DNA from: Gemmatimonadota bacterium
GTDB lineage: Bacteria > Gemmatimonadota > Gemmatimonadetes > Gemmatimonadales > JACORV01
Length of the DNA: 47,629 nucleotides
Direction of reading: 5' to 3'
Assembly (NCBI GenBank): GCA_041484135.1
Contig: JBGPHD010000003.1
Location: 1 to 47,629 of the forward strand
Program-made: the position numbers and the translations under genes
Notes under the pieces: model-generated
Seen by the model: the letters and a program-made list of their open reading frames with translations, nothing else
Database searches by the model: none
Told to the model about the DNA's origin: nothing
Shown here: positions 1 to 9,862 of the stretch, piece after piece
Layout of the letters: every line of letters starts with the position of its first letter
How positions within the stretch are numbered: position 1 is the first letter of the stretch

Positions 1-707
1 ACGTCGTGGTAGGGTGCGAGCACCGCGTCGAACTCGCCCCGCATCGCGCGGACGAACACGGTGTCGGCGGGGAGCGGGCCCGCGATGCCGAGGGTGCGCG
101 CCGCCGGGGCGAGGACCCGGTCGTCCTCGTGGCCGAAGAGCCCGCCTTCGCCGGCGTGCGGGTTCACCGCGCAGAGCGCGAGCCGGGGCTCGCTGATGCC
201 GAACCAGTCGCGCAGCCCCTGCCGAGCGGTCTCCCCGATGGCGACGATGCGCTCGGGCGTGAGGATCGAGAGCGCGTCCCGGAGCGCGAGGTGCGTCGTC
301 ACCAGGACCACGCGCAGCCGGTCGGAGGCCAGCATCATCGCCGCCTGCTTGGCGCCGGTGAGGTCCCGCAGCAGCTCGGTGTGGCCGGGGAAGCGGTAGC
401 CCGCCGCGTTGAGCGCGCGCTTGTCTCCCGGGGCGGTGACGATGGCGTCCACCTCGCCCGCCCTCCAGAGCCGCACCGCTTCTTCCACCGCGCGGCCGGT
501 CGCCCGGCCGGCGCGCACCAGCGGGTCCTCCCCGCCGCCTTCCCAAGGGCCGATACCGACCTTTCGGTCCGCCGTTATGCAGGCGATGATGTCGTCAGGT
601 CCCACCAGGACGCACTCGGCGTCCGCGCCGGGCAACGCCGCGGCCACGACCTCCGCGCCGATGCCGCGCGGGTCGCCGGTGGTGATCGCAAGTCGGGGTC
701 TGGCGAT
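1..707 (-). CDS. pdxA: 4-hydroxythreonine-4-phosphate dehydrogenase (3' end runs off the window)
   Basis: Manual minus-strand translation gives (I)ARPRLAITTGDPRGIGAEV...MMLASDRLRVVLVTTH...NPHAGEGGLFGHED...GPLPADTVF...APYHD, which are PdxA motifs. It follows surA as in many bacteria. The start is uncertain: the best-fitting codon is ATC at 707. Confidence 0.93.
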   Translation of the reverse strand, partial: MARPRLAITTGDPRGIGAEVVAAALPGADAECVLVGPDDIIACITADRKVGIGPWEGGGEDPLVRAGRATGRAVEEAVRLWRAGEVDAIVTAPGDKRALNAAGYRFPGHTELLRDLTGAKQAAMMLASDRLRVVLVTTHLALRDALSILTPERIVAIGETARQGLRDWFGISEPRLALCAVNPHAGEGGLFGHEDDRVLAPAARTLGIAGPLPADTVFVRAMRGEFDAVLAPYHD

Positions 708-733
708 GGAGGTGCCTGGTTCTCTTCGACCGC

Positions 734-2062
734 CTACAGGCGGATCTCGACGTAGGTCTGCCGCCGCAGCGTCCGGTACAGCTCGCGGATGGCGTGGTTC
801 TGCTGGAGCCCGGTGCGGATCGTCTCGCGCGCCTCGTCCAGCGTGTAGGGCCGTTCCGCCTGCACGTCCGTGATCGTGGCCACCACGAACCGCGAGCGCG
901 CGGGCGTCTCGGGGTTCATGGCGAACGGGCCGACCACTTCGCCGATGGTGGCACCCTCGAAGGCCGCGACGTACGGCGCCGGGAGCTGGCTCCGGTCCAC
1001 CGGCCCCAGCTGGCGCGGCTCCGACGTATCGGCATAGAGGCCGTAGAGGGAATCGACGCTCGCCCCGCCGCGCAAACGCGCCGAGATGGTGTCGGCGGTG
1101 CGGTGCGCCGCCGCCAGCTCGCTGTCCGAGATGGCCGGGGTGAAGAGGATGTGCCGCGCCTTGACCTCGCCGGGCTGGACCCGCTCGACCTGGATGATGT
1201 GGTAGCCGAACGGCGTCTCGACGAGATCGGAGATCTGCCCCGGCCGGAGCCGGAACGCGACGTCCTCGAACTCGCGCGTCATGACGCCGCGGCGGAACCA
1301 GTTGAGGTCGCCGCCCTGTTCGCGCGAGCCCGGATCGTCCGAATGCCTCCGGGCCATGGTGGCGAAGTCCGCTCCGTGCCTGACCTCGACCAGCACCGAC
1401 TCGGCGAGGGTGCGCGCGGCGTCGCGTTCGGCCGCCGACGGGTGCGGCGTCACCACGACCTGCTTGAAGGTGAGCGTGGGCGGACGGCGCTGGAGGTTCC
1501 CCGCGGCCGACTCGAAGGCCTGCCGGACGTCCGCTTCCGACACGGCTCCGCCGCGGAGCTTCCCGTCGGTGCGCAGCTTGTCCACGAAGCGGCGCTGGTA
1601 TTCCGCCCGCCGCTGCTGGTCGGCGAGGCGGCGGCGGTACTCCTCCACCGTCCCCATCCCCGCGGCGGCGAGCTGGGTGCGGAACTCGATGTCGGTGCCG
1701 AAGCGGGCGCGGACGTCGCGGAACTGCTGGTCCACGGCGGTCTGGACCTCGGCGTCGGTGACGGTGATGGTGGTGTCGCGCCGGGCGCGCTGGTAGAGGA
1801 CCTCGTCGTCGATCAGGGCCTCGAGGACCGTCCGGCGCAGCGTGGCGAACGACGCCGAGTCCTCCGGGACCTGGAGCCCCTCGGATTGGCGGGTGTTGAT
1901 CTCTTCGTCGATCTCGGAGAGGAGGATCACGTGGTCGCCGACGACGGCCACGATGCGGTCGAGCAGCTGGTGCTGGGCCCTCCCGGTCTGGGCGCTGAGC
2001 GCGGGCGCGGCGGCGGCCCCGAGGGCCGCCGCCGCGACGAGCGCGAGCACCGCCTTACGCAC
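734..2062 (-). CDS. surA: SurA-like periplasmic chaperone / parvulin peptidyl-prolyl isomerase
   Basis: Signal peptide, SurA N-domain ([18 protein letters not shown]), rotamase motifs ([23 protein letters not shown]); lies directly upstream of pdxA. Confidence 0.9.
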   Translation of the reverse strand: MRKAVLALVAAAALGAAAAPALSAQTGRAQHQLLDRIVAVVGDHVILLSEIDEEINTRQSEGLQVPEDSASFATLRRTVLEALIDDEVLYQRARRDTTITVTDAEVQTAVDQQFRDVRARFGTDIEFRTQLAAAGMGTVEEYRRRLADQQRRAEYQRRFVDKLRTDGKLRGGAVSEADVRQAFESAAGNLQRRPPTLTFKQVVVTPHPSAAERDAARTLAESVLVEVRHGADFATMARRHSDDPGSREQGGDLNWFRRGVMTREFEDVAFRLRPGQISDLVETPFGYHIIQVERVQPGEVKARHILFTPAISDSELAAAHRTADTISARLRGGASVDSLYGLYADTSEPRQLGPVDRSQLPAPYVAAFEGATIGEVVGPFAMNPETPARSRFVVATITDVQAERPYTLDEARETIRTGLQQNHAIRELYRTLRRQTYVEIRL

Positions 2063-2063
2063 C

Positions 2064-3542
2064 CTACGACCTCGGCCGGGTAGGCCTCGGCGCCGCGGGC
2101 GGCGGCGCGCCCTGGCGGATCTGCGGCCGGATGGGCGGCCCGCCCGGTACCGGGCTCATGCCGCCGCCGGGCCCCTGCGGCGTCTCAGGACCGCGCACCT
2201 CGCGCGCCCGCTCGAGCGCCCGGTCCACGCCGGACTCCGAGATGTTCCAGGAGTACTTCTCGCGCAGCACGTCGGCGAGGAAGGGCGGCACCTCGAAGAA
2301 CTGGCGCCGCGGCGGGTTGGCGGTGATGGCCTGGAAGTAGGTGTCCACGTGCGAGGCCGCCGCCGCCACGCGGTCGCCGTGGGTGGTGCTGTCGGCGGCG
2401 AGCGAGTCGGGGGAGACGCCGACCGTGTTGGCCATGAGCAGCAGGTCACGCCGGTACGCGTCGCGGATGGTGTCGCGGTCCGCGTGGGTGAGGCGGAAGT
2501 GCTGGGCCTCGGCCGTGCGCAGGAGCATGTCGTTCCGGGCGATGCTCTTCACGAACTCGATCAGCGAGGAGTCGGGGGCGCTCATCACCATCCCGCGCGT
2601 CTGCGGCGGGAAGGCCTGGAGCCACCGGGCGAAGTCGCCCTCGCGCAGCCGGCCGCCGCGGTAGGTGGCCACGATGCGGGACCGGCCCTTGGCGGCCCGC
2701 AGGTTCTCGGCGACGCGCCGCACGATGGCCGGGGCCGAGCCGCGCACCCGGACGTCGGTCTTGTTGGCGAGGCTGTCGAGGTACACCGAGTCGAGCCGCT
2801 GCACCATGACGTCCCTGACGTGCAGCGCGAAGCTGTCGCGGACCACCGCCAGCGCGGGCCGCCACAGGATGTGGTAGCCGAACGGCGTCTCGACGATGCC
2901 GGAGAGCTGGCCCGGCTGCAGCGTGTAGGCCGCGTCCTCGAAGGGCCGCACCATCTGGCCGCGCGCCACCATGCCGAGCGAACCGCCCTCGGCGCGGGAA
3001 CCCGGATCGTCGGAGTGGGCCTGCGCGAGCTGCTGGAACGCCGTGCCGTGCTGGATCTGGCTGAGATAGCCCTCGGCCTGGCGGCGCTTGGCGGCCTTCA
3101 CGGCGGCGGTGGTGTCCGGCTTCGCGGCCACGAGGATGTGGTAGATCCACCGGTACTCACCGACGTTGTAGGCGCTGTCCACCTGCGCGCCGCTGAGATT
3201 GGCGCGGCGCACGATGAGCGAATCGTGGAGCATGTCGGCCATGCGCTGGGAGACCTGCGGCCAGTTGGCCGCCTCGACGGTCGCGCTGTCGAGCAGGCTG
3301 TCGCCGTCGGCCATCGCGCGGCCGAGGAGCTGGTAATCCACCCAGATCTCCGCGATGCGGTCGATGACCTCGCGGCGCAACGGGACCGACTTGGTCGGCG
3401 CCACGATCTGCGCCAGGCGCTCCACCGAGAGCTCATGGCCCGCGGCGCGCGCGACGACATCCTGATGGGCGGTGAGCGCGTCGCGCAGTCCGGAGCAGCC
3501 GGCCAGGGCGAAAACGGAAAGCACCGCGAAGCGGCGAAGCAT
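2064..3542 (-). CDS. Parvulin-type peptidyl-prolyl isomerase lipoprotein (PrsA/PpiC-like)
   Basis: Lipobox LAGC, rotamase motifs HILV...SDDPGSRAEGGSLG...[10 protein letters not shown], Pro-rich tail. Confidence 0.88.
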   Translation of the reverse strand: MLRRFAVLSVFALAGCSGLRDALTAHQDVVARAAGHELSVERLAQIVAPTKSVPLRREVIDRIAEIWVDYQLLGRAMADGDSLLDSATVEAANWPQVSQRMADMLHDSLIVRRANLSGAQVDSAYNVGEYRWIYHILVAAKPDTTAAVKAAKRRQAEGYLSQIQHGTAFQQLAQAHSDDPGSRAEGGSLGMVARGQMVRPFEDAAYTLQPGQLSGIVETPFGYHILWRPALAVVRDSFALHVRDVMVQRLDSVYLDSLANKTDVRVRGSAPAIVRRVAENLRAAKGRSRIVATYRGGRLREGDFARWLQAFPPQTRGMVMSAPDSSLIEFVKSIARNDMLLRTAEAQHFRLTHADRDTIRDAYRRDLLLMANTVGVSPDSLAADSTTHGDRVAAAASHVDTYFQAITANPPRRQFFEVPPFLADVLREKYSWNISESGVDRALERAREVRGPETPQGPGGGMSPVPGGPPIRPQIRQGAPPPAAPRPTRPRS

Positions 3543-3553
3543 GCGTTCTCCTA

Positions 3554-6500
3554 TCAGTTGGGATCCGACACGGCACGCGACAAGGCGCGTACCAGACCTG
3601 CCAGCAGCGGCATGCCGCCGAGCCGCTCGAGCCGCAGCACCAGCGGCGCCGCGCGCCGCACGTCCGCCGCGAACTGCACTTCGTCCATGGCGGCGGTGAG
3701 GCGCGCCAGCCGGGGGACCGCCCCGGCGCGGAAGGTGAGGCGGGCCTCGTTGCCCCGCGCCAGGACCGTTTCGAGGCCGAGTCGCGCGCCGATCACCCGG
3801 AGCTGGGTGAGCGCCACGAGCGCCTCGGCCTCGGGGGGCAGCCGGCCGAACCGGTCGGCCATTTCCGCCCGCAACTCATCAATTTCACCTGCCGAAACGC
3901 TCCGCGCCAGCCGCCGGTACAGGTCGAGCTTGGCCGCGTCGTCCTCCACGTAGCCGTCGGGCAGGAAGGCGGCCCGCTCCAGCACGATCTCCGGCGGGGG
4001 CCAGGCCGCCGCGCCCTGCTCCCCCTTGAGCGCCCGGACCGCGTCCTCCAGCATCCGGAGGTACACGTCCACCCCCACCGACAGGGCGAACCCGGTCTGC
4101 TCGACGCCCAGGAGGTTCCCCGCCCCGCGGAGCTCCAGGTCCTTGATGGCGATGCGGTACCCCGCCCCCAGCTCGGTGTGGTGCGCCAGGGTCTGGAGCC
4201 GGGCCTCCCCCGCCTCGTCCACGTCGTCGGGCACCACCAGGTAGCAGTACGCCCGCCGGTGGCTCCGCCCCACCCGGCCGCGGAGCTGGTAGAGCTGCGC
4301 CAGGCCGAACTGCTGCGCGTGGTGCACGATCATCGTGTTGGCGTTAGGCACGTCGAGCCCCGACTCCACGATCATCGTCGAGCACAGGACGGCGACCTCC
4401 CCCGCCACGAACTTCCGCATCACGTTGTCGAGGTCGTGCGGGCGCATCTGCCCGTGCGCCACGCCCACCACCGCGCGCGGCGCCAGCTTCCGGATGCGCT
4501 CCGCCACCGTCTCCAGGGTCTCGATGCGGTTGTGCACCACGTACACCTGGCCCCCGCGGTCCAGCTCCTTGGCCATCGCCTCCTCGAGGAGCCCGTCGTC
4601 CCACGGCTCCACCAGCGTCACCACCGGCGAGCGGTCGCGCGGCGGTGTCTCGATCACCGTGAGGTCGCGCAGGCCCGCGAGGCTCTGCTGCAGGGTCCGT
4701 GGGATAGGCGTCGCGGTCAGCGTGAGCACGTCCACCGAGAGCCGGAGCTGCTTCAGCCGCTCCTTGTGCTCCACGCCGAAGCGGTGCTCCTCGTCCACCA
4801 CCACCAGGCCCAGCTCCCTGAACACCACGTCGGGCGAGAGGAGCCGGTGCGTGCCGATCACGAGGTCCGTGGTGCCGTCCGCCAGGCCGGTCAGGATGGC
4901 GCGCTGCTCCTTGGGCGTGTGCAGCCGCGACAGCGTGGCGATGCGCACCGGGTAGTCCGCCAGCCGCTCACCAAAAGTCCGGCCGTGCTGCTCCACGAGG
5001 ATGGTCGTGGGCGCGAGCACCGCGACCTGCCGGCCCGCCTGCACCGCCTTGAACGCGGCCCGCACCGCGATCTCGGTCTTGCCGTACCCCACGTCCCCCA
5101 CCACGAGCCGGTCCATCGGCCGGGCGCGCTCCATGTCGCCCTTGACGTCCACGGTCGCCTTGCGCTGGTCCGGCGTGTCCTCGTAGAGGAACGACGACTC
5201 CAGCTCGCGCTGCCACTTGGTGTCCGCCGGGAAGGCGAACCCCGTGGCCAGCTGGCGGTGCGCGTAGAGGTCGAGCAACTCGGCCGCCATCCGCCGCACC
5301 GACTCCTCGGCCTGGGCGCGCAGGCGCTTCCACTTGCCGGCGCCGAGCTTGTGGAGCTTGGGGGGCGGCGCCTCGCCGGTCTCCACTTCCACGCTCCGGA
5401 AGCGCTCGAGCTGGTCGATGCGGTAGAGCGGCACCTGGAGCTTGTCGCCGCCCTCGTACTCGACGACGGCGACTTCCATCGTCGCCACGCCCACGGTGAT
5501 GGTCTGGATGCCGCGGTAGATCCCGACCCCGTGCTCGAGGTGGACCACGATGTCGCCCGGCTTGAGGGCGCCGCTGAGGCCGGCGGGGGGCGCGGTGCGG
5601 TAGCGCCGCGGGCGCCGGATGCGCCGGGCGCGCCGGAAGATCTCGTGGTCGGTGAGCACGCTGAGCCCGGGGAGGCTGAAGCCGCCGTCGAGGGCGCCGA
5701 TGGCGAGGGTGAGCCCCTCGGGGAACCGGCGCCCTCCTTCGACGAGCAGCTCCTCGAGGCGCTCGAGCTGGCCCTCGTTGTCGCAGAGCACGAGGATGGC
5801 GCCGCCGGGGGCGGGCCGGAGCTTGGCGAGGTCGCGCGCCACGTCGGGCGGCTGCGTTACCGGCAGCCGGTGCGTGGGCGCCGCGGCGCCCAGCTCCAGC
5901 CGCGCGAACTGGGCGCGCCCCGCGCGCCAGGCGTCCGGCGCCACCAGGAGGTCGGCGCGGGGCGGCACCTCCTCGCCCAGGCGGCGCGCCACCTCGGCGT
6001 GGTGCTCGGCCTCGTCCCAGGCCCGGTCCGCTTCGGCCTCGAAGGAGAGGGGCCGCTCCAGGACCAGCAGCGCGTCGGCGGGGAGGAGGTCCAGGAGCGA
6101 GCGGCGCACCCGCGGCCCCCCGCCTAACGCGATCTGGGCGCTGGCGGGGAGCACCGTGACACGGTCCAGGTCCCCGGTGCTCCGCTGCGAAGAGAGGTCG
6201 AAGGACCGGAGCGCCACCATCTCCTCGCCCCAGTAGTCCGCCCGCGCCGGCTGCGCCATCCCGAACCCGTACACGTCCACGATGCCGCCGCGCACCGCGA
6301 ACTGCGCCACGTCGCCCACCTGCGGCACCCGCGCGTAGCCCAGCTGCTCGAGCCGGCGGACCGCGTCGCGGAAGGGCACCGCGCGGGTGAGCTCCAGCCG
6401 CGCCGCCTCGAGCGCCGCCGGCATGAGGGTGCGCTCCTGGGTGGCGCGCGCCGTGGTCACCAGCACCCGGAGCGCCCCCCGGGTGAGCTGCTCCAGGGTC

Positions 6501-6817
6501 TCCACCCGCTCGCCGGCGATCTCGAAGTGCGGCTCGTCCTCGCCTAACGCCTCGCGCTGGGGGTAGAGCGCGACCCGTTCCTCCGGCATCAGGACCGCGA
6601 GGTCGGCCAGCCAGCGCTCGGCGTCGCCGGGCGCTCCCGCCACCACCACCTGGAGCCGCGTGGGGAGCGCCTCGGCGAGCCCCGCGACCAGCACCGCGCC
6701 CGCCGAGCCCTGGAGCGGGAGGAGTCCCGCGCGGACGCGCGGCGTGCGCAGCGCGCCGGCGAGATCGGCAAAGCCGGGAAGGGCGCGGAAGGCGGCGAGG
6801 AGCTGGGGGAGCGCCAT
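3554..6817 (-). CDS. mfd: Transcription-repair coupling factor
   Basis: UvrB-homology region, RID (VVHLEHGVGIY), helicase motifs GDVGYGKT, DEEH, TATPIPRT, QLRGRVGR, and a TRCF C-domain. Confidence 0.98.
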   Translation of the reverse strand: MALPQLLAAFRALPGFADLAGALRTPRVRAGLLPLQGSAGAVLVAGLAEALPTRLQVVVAGAPGDAERWLADLAVLMPEERVALYPQREALGEDEPHFEIAGERVETLEQLTRGALRVLVTTARATQERTLMPAALEAARLELTRAVPFRDAVRRLEQLGYARVPQVGDVAQFAVRGGIVDVYGFGMAQPARADYWGEEMVALRSFDLSSQRSTGDLDRVTVLPASAQIALGGGPRVRRSLLDLLPADALLVLERPLSFEAEADRAWDEAEHHAEVARRLGEEVPPRADLLVAPDAWRAGRAQFARLELGAAAPTHRLPVTQPPDVARDLAKLRPAPGGAILVLCDNEGQLERLEELLVEGGRRFPEGLTLAIGALDGGFSLPGLSVLTDHEIFRRARRIRRPRRYRTAPPAGLSGALKPGDIVVHLEHGVGIYRGIQTITVGVATMEVAVVEYEGGDKLQVPLYRIDQLERFRSVEVETGEAPPPKLHKLGAGKWKRLRAQAEESVRRMAAELLDLYAHRQLATGFAFPADTKWQRELESSFLYEDTPDQRKATVDVKGDMERARPMDRLVVGDVGYGKTEIAVRAAFKAVQAGRQVAVLAPTTILVEQHGRTFGERLADYPVRIATLSRLHTPKEQRAILTGLADGTTDLVIGTHRLLSPDVVFRELGLVVVDEEHRFGVEHKERLKQLRLSVDVLTLTATPIPRTLQQSLAGLRDLTVIETPPRDRSPVVTLVEPWDDGLLEEAMAKELDRGGQVYVVHNRIETLETVAERIRKLAPRAVVGVAHGQMRPHDLDNVMRKFVAGEVAVLCSTMIVESGLDVPNANTMIVHHAQQFGLAQLYQLRGRVGRSHRRAYCYLVVPDDVDEAGEARLQTLAHHTELGAGYRIAIKDLELRGAGNLLGVEQTGFALSVGVDVYLRMLEDAVRALKGEQGAAAWPPPEIVLERAAFLPDGYVEDDAAKLDLYRRLARSVSAGEIDELRAEMADRFGRLPPEAEALVALTQLRVIGARLGLETVLARGNEARLTFRAGAVPRLARLTAAMDEVQFAADVRRAAPLVLRLERLGGMPLLAGLVRALSRAVSDPN

Positions 6818-6868
6818 CGGTCAGGCGCGCTGGAACGAGAAGAGCGGCAGGAGCGCCATCGGTCAGGC
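6808..6868. repeat. 19-bp direct repeat GGAGCGCCATCGGTCAGGC (6808-6826 and 6850-6868) duplicating the stop/start junction upstream of mfd
   Basis: Two exact copies read directly, with starts 42 nt apart. Confidence 0.9.
6821..6859 (-). CDS. Putative 12-aa mini-ORF MALLPLFSFQRA between the BatA-domain gene and mfd
   Basis: ATG at 6859, TGA at 6821-6823; in frame with both neighbours and with the same TGA-CCG-ATG context as the mfd start. Translation is unproven. Confidence 0.35.
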   Translation of the reverse strand: MALLPLFSFQRA

Positions 6869-8797
6869 CGCCGCGCGGCGGGCGAAGCCGCCGGTGGCGA
6901 GTCCCGCTTCGGCGAGGAGCACCAGCAGCAGGAGGGCGAGGAGCCCGCCCGTGAGCTCGCTCCGCCCCGCGCCGCGGAACCGCTGGGCCCCGTACGCGCG
7001 CGCGTCCCCGGTCACGCTCACCCGGGCGCCCGGGAAGCGCGTGGCGAGCAGCGACGCCGAGGCGCGCGTGAGGTCGGACTCGCGCGGGTCGAGCGCGACG
7101 ACGAGCATCCCCACCGTGTCCCTCCCCGCGAGCAGCCGGTAGAGCCCCGGCGCCGCCGGCGCGGCGATGACGGACCCGGACTCCACCACCGGCGCCGAGT
7201 CCGCGGCCAGGACGAGCGCGGTGACGTCAGGTGGCAACGCGACCGGATCGCCCGGCGCGGCCTCGATGACCCCGGCCTCGCCGCGCGCCAGGCGGTTCAC
7301 CAGCGCGCCGACGAAGGGCACGAACCCGCCGCTCACCGGCAGGGTGGTCTCCTCGGGCACCAGCCGGCTCGCCACCAGGACCACCCGGCCGTCGCGCACC
7401 AGCCAGGGCTCGCCCCCCGCCCGCGCGAGGACCCCGCGCCCGGCCCCGGCCGGGGTCTCCGTCAGGCGGTAACGGCGGAGCACCCGCGCGCCCGAGAGCT
7501 CCGGCACGTCGGGCGCCGCGATGCTGTCCTCCCGGTCCACCCGGGCGCCGAAGCGCCACCGGACGCCGGCCGCGGCGAGCGCGCGGTTCGCGGCGCCTAA
7601 CGCCACCGGGTCCGCGGGCGGGAGCACGACCGAGGCCCCGGTGCGCGAGGGCGTGCCGATGAGGACGGCGTCGGCGCCCGCTCCGGCGCCGGCCCGCCGC
7701 ACCTGCCCGCCCTCGGCCAGCACGGTGAGGGCCGCGGCGAGGAAGGGCCCGGGGTCGGCGCCGGCCGCGACGGCCACCGTCGCCGGCGGCACCACCCGCA
7801 CCGCGAACGGGCGGCCGTCGTCGGCGCGCAGCTCGTCCGCCTCGAGGCCCACCTCGCCGCCGCGCCAGCCCGGCGTCGCGGACGGCGCGCCTAACGTGAT
7901 CGCCTCCCCCGCCGCGGCCAGCGCCCGCGCGCCCGCGCGCCCCTCGAGCGTGAGCGAGACCGCGACCCGGCCGCCGCCGGCGCCCGCGGGGCCGCCGCCC
8001 ACCCGCGCCACCACCCCGCCCGTCCCCGCGAGCCACACCGGCGGCGAGGGCGAGGCGAAGATCACGCCCCGGTTCTCCGGCGGGTCCGCCGCGGGATGGT
8101 AGAAGAGGACCGGCAGGCCCGCCGCCGCGCTGTCGGGCCGCTCCGGCTCCCGGCTCCCGGCTCCCGGCCCCGCGCCTGTCGCCCTCCCTGCCGGAGTGGC
8201 CCCGCCGCCCAACGCCGTCGCTTGCAGGTCGCTCAGCACGTGGATCTCGCCGCGGGCATACCCCGACGTGGCGATCAGCCGCGCCGCCGCTCCCACGCTC
8301 GCGCCGAGGTCGAGCCGCCGCGGGTCGGGCCGGAGCGCCGCCGACGCCTCGATCAGCTCGGCCGGCGTGCCGCGCCGGGCCAGCCCGTCCGCGGCGATCA
8401 GCCAGACCGCGTCCCCCGCCTGCGCCGCGCGCAGCGTCTCGCGAGCCCGCGCGGCCAGGTCATCGAGCACGCGCCGCCCCCCGGCGATGGCCCCCGAGGA
8501 GACCGAGTTGTCGAGGACGAGCGCGAGCGCGGTGGGGTCGTGGAGGACACCCGCGCCGCCGGGGATCACCGGGCGCGCGGCGGCCGTCACCAGCAGGGCC
8601 ACGGCGAGCATGCGCAGCAGCATGAGGAGCAGGTGGCGCAGGCGGATGGTGCGCTGCGCCTCACGCTCCGTCTGCCGGAGATAGCGCATCGCCGGGAAGA
8701 TGACCTCCGGCGGGCGCCGCCGCTGGAAGAGGTGCAGCAGCGGCGGGACGAGCACGGCGGCAAGACCGAGGAGGGCCAGCGGATGGAGGAAGAACAT
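6863..8797 (-). CDS. BatA (N-terminal TM) and vWA-domain membrane protein
   Basis: MFFLHPLALLGLAAVLVPPLLHL...FPAMRYL...LLMLLRML...ARP BatA signature, DNSVS MIDAS-like motif, C-terminal ESDL plus TM helix. The start overlaps the DUF58 stop (TGATG). Confidence 0.85.
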   Translation of the reverse strand: MFFLHPLALLGLAAVLVPPLLHLFQRRRPPEVIFPAMRYLRQTEREAQRTIRLRHLLLMLLRMLAVALLVTAAARPVIPGGAGVLHDPTALALVLDNSVSSGAIAGGRRVLDDLAARARETLRAAQAGDAVWLIAADGLARRGTPAELIEASAALRPDPRRLDLGASVGAAARLIATSGYARGEIHVLSDLQATALGGGATPAGRATGAGPGAGSREPERPDSAAAGLPVLFYHPAADPPENRGVIFASPSPPVWLAGTGGVVARVGGGPAGAGGGRVAVSLTLEGRAGARALAAAGEAITLGAPSATPGWRGGEVGLEADELRADDGRPFAVRVVPPATVAVAAGADPGPFLAAALTVLAEGGQVRRAGAGAGADAVLIGTPSRTGASVVLPPADPVALGAANRALAAAGVRWRFGARVDREDSIAAPDVPELSGARVLRRYRLTETPAGAGRGVLARAGGEPWLVRDGRVVLVASRLVPEETTLPVSGGFVPFVGALVNRLARGEAGVIEAAPGDPVALPPDVTALVLAADSAPVVESGSVIAAPAAPGLYRLLAGRDTVGMLVVALDPRESDLTRASASLLATRFPGARVSVTGDARAYGAQRFRGAGRSELTGGLLALLLLVLLAEAGLATGGFARRAAA

Positions 8798-9714
8798 CAG
8801 CCCTGGCGGGCGCGTCCCTCCGCCGCGCGGCGCAGCGCGTGGCCGAACGGCGTCTCGGTGGTGACGCGGTGGTAGCCGATGCCGCTGGTGCGGCAGGCCC
8901 GGCGCCACGCGGCGACCACGCGGTCCACCGTGGCGCGATACTCGCGCCGGAGGTCCCGCGCCGCGGTGACGATGCTGTCGCCCGTCTCGGGATCCACGTA
9001 CCGCGCCTCCGACGGGCCGGCCAGCTCCACCTCGGCCGGGTCCATCACGTGGAAGACGGTGACCTGGTGGCCGCGGTGCCGCAGGTACCGCAGCGCGTGC
9101 AGCACCAGTTCTCGCTCGACCAGCAGGTCGGACACGAAGACGACCATCCCGCGCCGCCGGAGCAGGTCCGTCACCCGCCGGAGCGCCGCCTCCGCCACCG
9201 TGCCGCCCCCCGGTGCGAGCGCCGCCAGCTCCTTGACCATCAGGTGCCACTGTCCGTGCCGCGCCCGCGGCGGGACCACCGCGCGGATCGTGTCGTCGAA
9301 GGCGATGAGCCCCGTCGCGTCGCGCTGGCGGAGCAGCACCAGCGCGAGCGCCGCGGCGAGCCGCGCCGCGTAGTCGAACTTGGTGAGCCACCGCTCGGCG
9401 TCCCCGGTCCACGCCATCGAGCGCGACACGTCGAGCACGATGGTGGCGCGCAGGTTCGTCTCTTCTTCATACTGCTTGACGTAGAGGCGGTCGCGCTTGC
9501 CGAGGATCTTCCAGTCGAGGTACCGCAGCTCGTCCCCCGGCTGGTAGGGGCGATGCTCGGCGAACTCCACCGAGAAGCCCCGGAAGGGGGAGCGGTGGAG
9601 ACCGGCGAGGAACCCCTCGACCACGCCGCGCGCCACGACCTCGATCCCGCCCAGGCTCGCCACCTCGATGGGATCGAGGAGGTCGAGCCGGCCGGCGCTC
9701 ACCGGAACGGCCAT
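8797..9714 (-). CDS. DUF58 domain protein (MoxR-associated)
   Basis: GLHRSPFRGFSVEFAEHRPYQPGDELRYLDWK...YEEETN...DVSRSM signature. Confidence 0.93.
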   Translation of the reverse strand: MAVPVSAGRLDLLDPIEVASLGGIEVVARGVVEGFLAGLHRSPFRGFSVEFAEHRPYQPGDELRYLDWKILGKRDRLYVKQYEEETNLRATIVLDVSRSMAWTGDAERWLTKFDYAARLAAALALVLLRQRDATGLIAFDDTIRAVVPPRARHGQWHLMVKELAALAPGGGTVAEAALRRVTDLLRRRGMVVFVSDLLVERELVLHALRYLRHRGHQVTVFHVMDPAEVELAGPSEARYVDPETGDSIVTAARDLRREYRATVDRVVAAWRRACRTSGIGYHRVTTETPFGHALRRAAEGRARQG

Positions 9715-9769
9715 ACCATGTCACTCAAACAGGACATGCCGTAAGGTAGAGGCTTCCCGCGGGACAAGC

Positions 9770-9782
9770 CAAGTCCTTGAGA
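9770..9782 (-). promoter_or_regulatory. Possible IHF site upstream of the sigma54-type promoter
   Basis: Minus strand reads TCTCAAGGACTTG, one mismatch from WATCAANNNNTTR, in an AT-richer patch about 30 bp upstream of the -24 element. Confidence 0.35.
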
Positions 9783-9810
9783 AATGGTGAGTTGTGGAAC
9801 GCCGTGGGGA

Positions 9811-9826
9811 TGGCACGCTCCCTGCT
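9811..9826 (+). promoter_or_regulatory. Sigma54 (-24/-12) promoter for the DUF4384 gene
   Basis: TGGCACGCTCCCTGCT matches TGGCACG-N4-TTGC(A/T) with one mismatch and exact GG-N10-GC spacing. SD GGAGG at 9853-9857, ATG at 9863. Confidence 0.65.
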
Positions 9827-9862
9827 CTTTGTCACGGCGGACCTTGGTGTCCGGAGGTTGAT

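Noticed and set aside
6821-6865. Selenocysteine or readthrough fusion of the BatA gene, mini-ORF and mfd through in-frame TGAs
   Set aside because: Mfd and the BatA protein are each complete, the latter ending in a TM helix. No Sec-type context or evident SECIS was seen.
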